DNA of 64,000 nt from Polyangiales bacterium (lineage in GTDB: Bacteria; Myxococcota_A; Polyangia; Polyangiales; Ga0077539), in contig JBGARZ010000002.1 in the NCBI GenBank assembly GCA_044229975.1, positions 896,001 through 960,000 on the forward strand, in the 5' to 3' direction. The notes below the pieces were generated by a model that saw only the letters and a list, made by a program, of their open reading frames with translations, did no database searches and was not told the origin of the DNA. The position numbers and the translations under genes were made by a program. Positions 61,858 through 64,000 of this stretch are shown here, piece by piece (the stretch's first letter is position 1; every line of letters starts with the position of its first letter).

Positions 61858-63167
61858 GTCGGACGTCACGAATCCAGGGGTTCTACAAAGAGTCGGTCGA
61901 GTCGCGGCGTCGGCTGCTGGCCGAGGCGGCCGACCTCGACGGCGCCGAGCTCACGCGCGTGCTCTCGTGCGGCGGGCTCGACGTCACCACCGCCGACAAG
62001 ACCGTCGAAAACGTCATCGGCACCTACTCGCTGCCCTTCAGCGTCGGGCTCAACGCGCGCATCAACGAGCGGGACTTCCTCGTGCCCATGGTGGTCGAGG
62101 AGCCCTCGGTGGTGGCGGCCGCGAGCAACGCGGCGCGGATGATCCGCGAGGGCGGCGGGTTCAGCGCCGAGAGCGACCCGCCGTGGATGATCGCGCAGGT
62201 GCAGCTCTGGGAAGTCCCCGACGCCGAGCTGGCGCGTGAGCGAATCACGGCGGCGCGCGAGCGGCTGATGGCGATGGCCGACGCATCGGTCGAGGGCCTC
62301 GTGGCGCGCGGCGGAGGCGCGCGCGAGGTCGAGGTGCGTGACCTCGGCGACGGGCTTCTGGTGGTGCATGTGGTGGTGGATGTTCAGGACGCGATGGGGG
62401 CCAACCTGGTCAACACCGTGGCCGAGCGCGTCGCGCCCGAGATTGCGGCACTTGCAGGCGGGCGCGTCGGCCTGCGCATCCTCTCCAACCTCTGCGACCG
62501 TCGCTGCGTGCGGGTGAAGTGCCGGGTGCCCGCCGGGGTGCTCGCCACCGACGCGCTCTCGGGCGACGCGGTGCGCGACGGCATCGTGCTGGCATCGCGC
62601 TTCGCCGAGCGCGACCCCTACCGCGCGGCCACCCACAACAAGGGGATCATGAACGGCGTCGACGCCGTGGTGATGGCGACGGGCAACGACTGGCGCGCCA
62701 TCGAAGCAGGCGCCCACGCGTATGCGGCGCGCGACGGGCGCTACGCCCCGCTGTGTACCTGGCGCACTGCCCCCGATGGCGCCCTCGAAGGAACCATGGA
62801 GATCCCACTCGCCTTCGGGGTCGTCGGCGGCACGCTGCGGGTGCACCCCTCGGCGCGGCTGGCGCTCAAGATCCTGGGCGTACGGTCGGCGCAGGAGCTG
62901 GCGATGGTGGCGGCCGCGGTCGGGATGGCCTCCAACCTGGCCGCCCTGCGGGCGCTCGCGACGGAGGGCATCCAGCGCGGGCACATGTCCCTGCACGCGC
63001 GGGGCGTGGCGATGGCGGCCGGGGCGCGCGGCGACGAGATCGAGCGGGTCGCGGCGACCATCGCGGAGGCGTGCGACGTGCGCCTGGAGAGCGCGAAGGC
63101 TGCCCTCGCCCGGCTGCGAGGCCCGACCACGACGACCGCCAAGATCGCGACGTCGGCGGGCGAATAG
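61854..63167 (+). CDS. mvaA: Class II HMG-CoA reductase
   Basis: ENVIG, EEPSVVAAAS, DAMGANLVN, THNKGIMNG, GIQRGHMSLH. Confidence 0.95.
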   Translation: MSRTSRIQGFYKESVESRRRLLAEAADLDGAELTRVLSCGGLDVTTADKTVENVIGTYSLPFSVGLNARINERDFLVPMVVEEPSVVAAASNAARMIREGGGFSAESDPPWMIAQVQLWEVPDAELARERITAARERLMAMADASVEGLVARGGGAREVEVRDLGDGLLVVHVVVDVQDAMGANLVNTVAERVAPEIAALAGGRVGLRILSNLCDRRCVRVKCRVPAGVLATDALSGDAVRDGIVLASRFAERDPYRAATHNKGIMNGVDAVVMATGNDWRAIEAGAHAYAARDGRYAPLCTWRTAPDGALEGTMEIPLAFGVVGGTLRVHPSARLALKILGVRSAQELAMVAAAVGMASNLAALRALATEGIQRGHMSLHARGVAMAAGARGDEIERVAATIAEACDVRLESAKAALARLRGPTTTTAKIATSAGE

Positions 63168-63208
63168 GCTTTGGCGCGGCCGCGACCTCACCGATAGAGT
63201 GCCGACCG

Positions 63209-63643
63209 ATGATGTCCTTCGAGAGCTTTGTCCGGCTGGGCTGGAGCTTCTTCCGGACCGTGCTGCGGGGCGTGCTCCCGAGGCGGCCCCAGCTCCCGCG
63301 CTTCGAGGCGCAGTACCGACCCGATGGGGTGTTGAGCACCGAGCCCGCCGAAGTGGCGACTCAAGACGGGGCGGCGCGGTGTTTCGCGTGCGGCGCCTGC
63401 GACGTGGTCGCGCTGGAGCGTGGGGCGTTTGGCGCGCTCGGCCCGGCGGGGCCCATGGGCTTCGTGGTCGGAGTGTCGCGGCAGGCGGGGGTCGACCTCG
63501 GGGTGTCCGAAGGGGCCTCCGAGGCGCTGCTGGAGGCCCTCACGGCGGCCTGTCCGGTGGGCGTTCCCTTCGTGGCGCTGACCCACCTCGTGCGCCGTCG
63601 GCGCGCCGAGGCTGAACGTTACGCGATGGTCCCGGCATCGTAG
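63209..63643 (+). CDS. Small protein with a single 4Fe-4S-type motif
   Basis: CFACGACD ... ACPVGVP. Confidence 0.6.
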   Translation: MMSFESFVRLGWSFFRTVLRGVLPRRPQLPRFEAQYRPDGVLSTEPAEVATQDGAARCFACGACDVVALERGAFGALGPAGPMGFVVGVSRQAGVDLGVSEGASEALLEALTAACPVGVPFVALTHLVRRRRAEAERYAMVPAS

Positions 63644-63660
63644 CGGGTCACATCCCTCCC

Positions 63661-64000
63661 ATGGCCTCCACGATCGCCAGCCCGCCCGGTCCCTCGTTCG
63701 CCCGGCCGACCCGCTCCAGCCTCGCATCTCTCGTGGCGATCCTGGTGATCGGGTGCGTCTACATCGTCTACGGCACCGACCCGCTGCGGGCCGAGGCGCT
63801 CGTCCCGATGCTCTGCGAGTTCATCCTGTCGGTGCTCCTCCTGGGGGTCGCCATGGCCCGCAGCCCCCACGGCACGCTGCGCGTCAGCGACCCGTACCTC
63901 CTCTTCCTCGGGTTCGGCCTCAACTTCCTCGTCCTCCCCGGCATCGCCTGGCTGCACGGCGCCGACTACGAGCGTCGGTGGTTCGAGGCGGGCCGCATTC
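63661..64000 (+). CDS. Membrane protein truncated by the window end
   Basis: ATG 63661 is open to the window end: MASTIASPPG..LVAILVIGCVYIVY..FILSVLLLGV..PYLLFLGFGLNFLVLPG, three TM segments. Confidence 0.65.
   Translation, partial: MASTIASPPGPSFARPTRSSLASLVAILVIGCVYIVYGTDPLRAEALVPMLCEFILSVLLLGVAMARSPHGTLRVSDPYLLFLGFGLNFLVLPGIAWLHGADYERRWFEAGRI

Overview
This is a very GC-rich, gene-dense chromosomal segment. Its content (Pro-rich Ser/Thr kinases, many Cys-rich lipoproteins with DAG/DVP-rich linkers, a MYXO-CTERM-like tail, a mevalonate operon) points to a Myxococcota (Polyangia-like) bacterium; this taxonomy is an inference. About 55 CDSs are supportable, including tldD/pmbA, a class III adenylate cyclase, rsmE/prmA, an ABC-F ATPase, upp, a prkA-family gene, tsaE, surE, apt, ybaK, a mutT-like NUDIX gene, nagZ and a prenyl synthase-mvk-mvaD-pmk-mvaA cluster. 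There is also tRNA-Pro(GGG) and a cobalamin riboswitch. No IS, integrase, prophage or CRISPR array was seen. The most interesting signals are: (i) a B12-riboswitch operon of two uncharacterised surface lipoproteins with no transporter; (ii) a tRNA-Pro enclosed by a 20-bp leader/trailer inverted repeat; (iii) a WYL regulator facing a direct-repeat site and an unannotated 32-aa membrane peptide; (iv) an apparently inactive ATPase/PglZ-like fusion coupled to a non-canonical formyltransferase; (v) a periodic-Asp linker shared by about 11 unrelated exported proteins; (vi) a TPR-bearing pseudokinase. All family calls come from motif recognition by eye; no searches were run.
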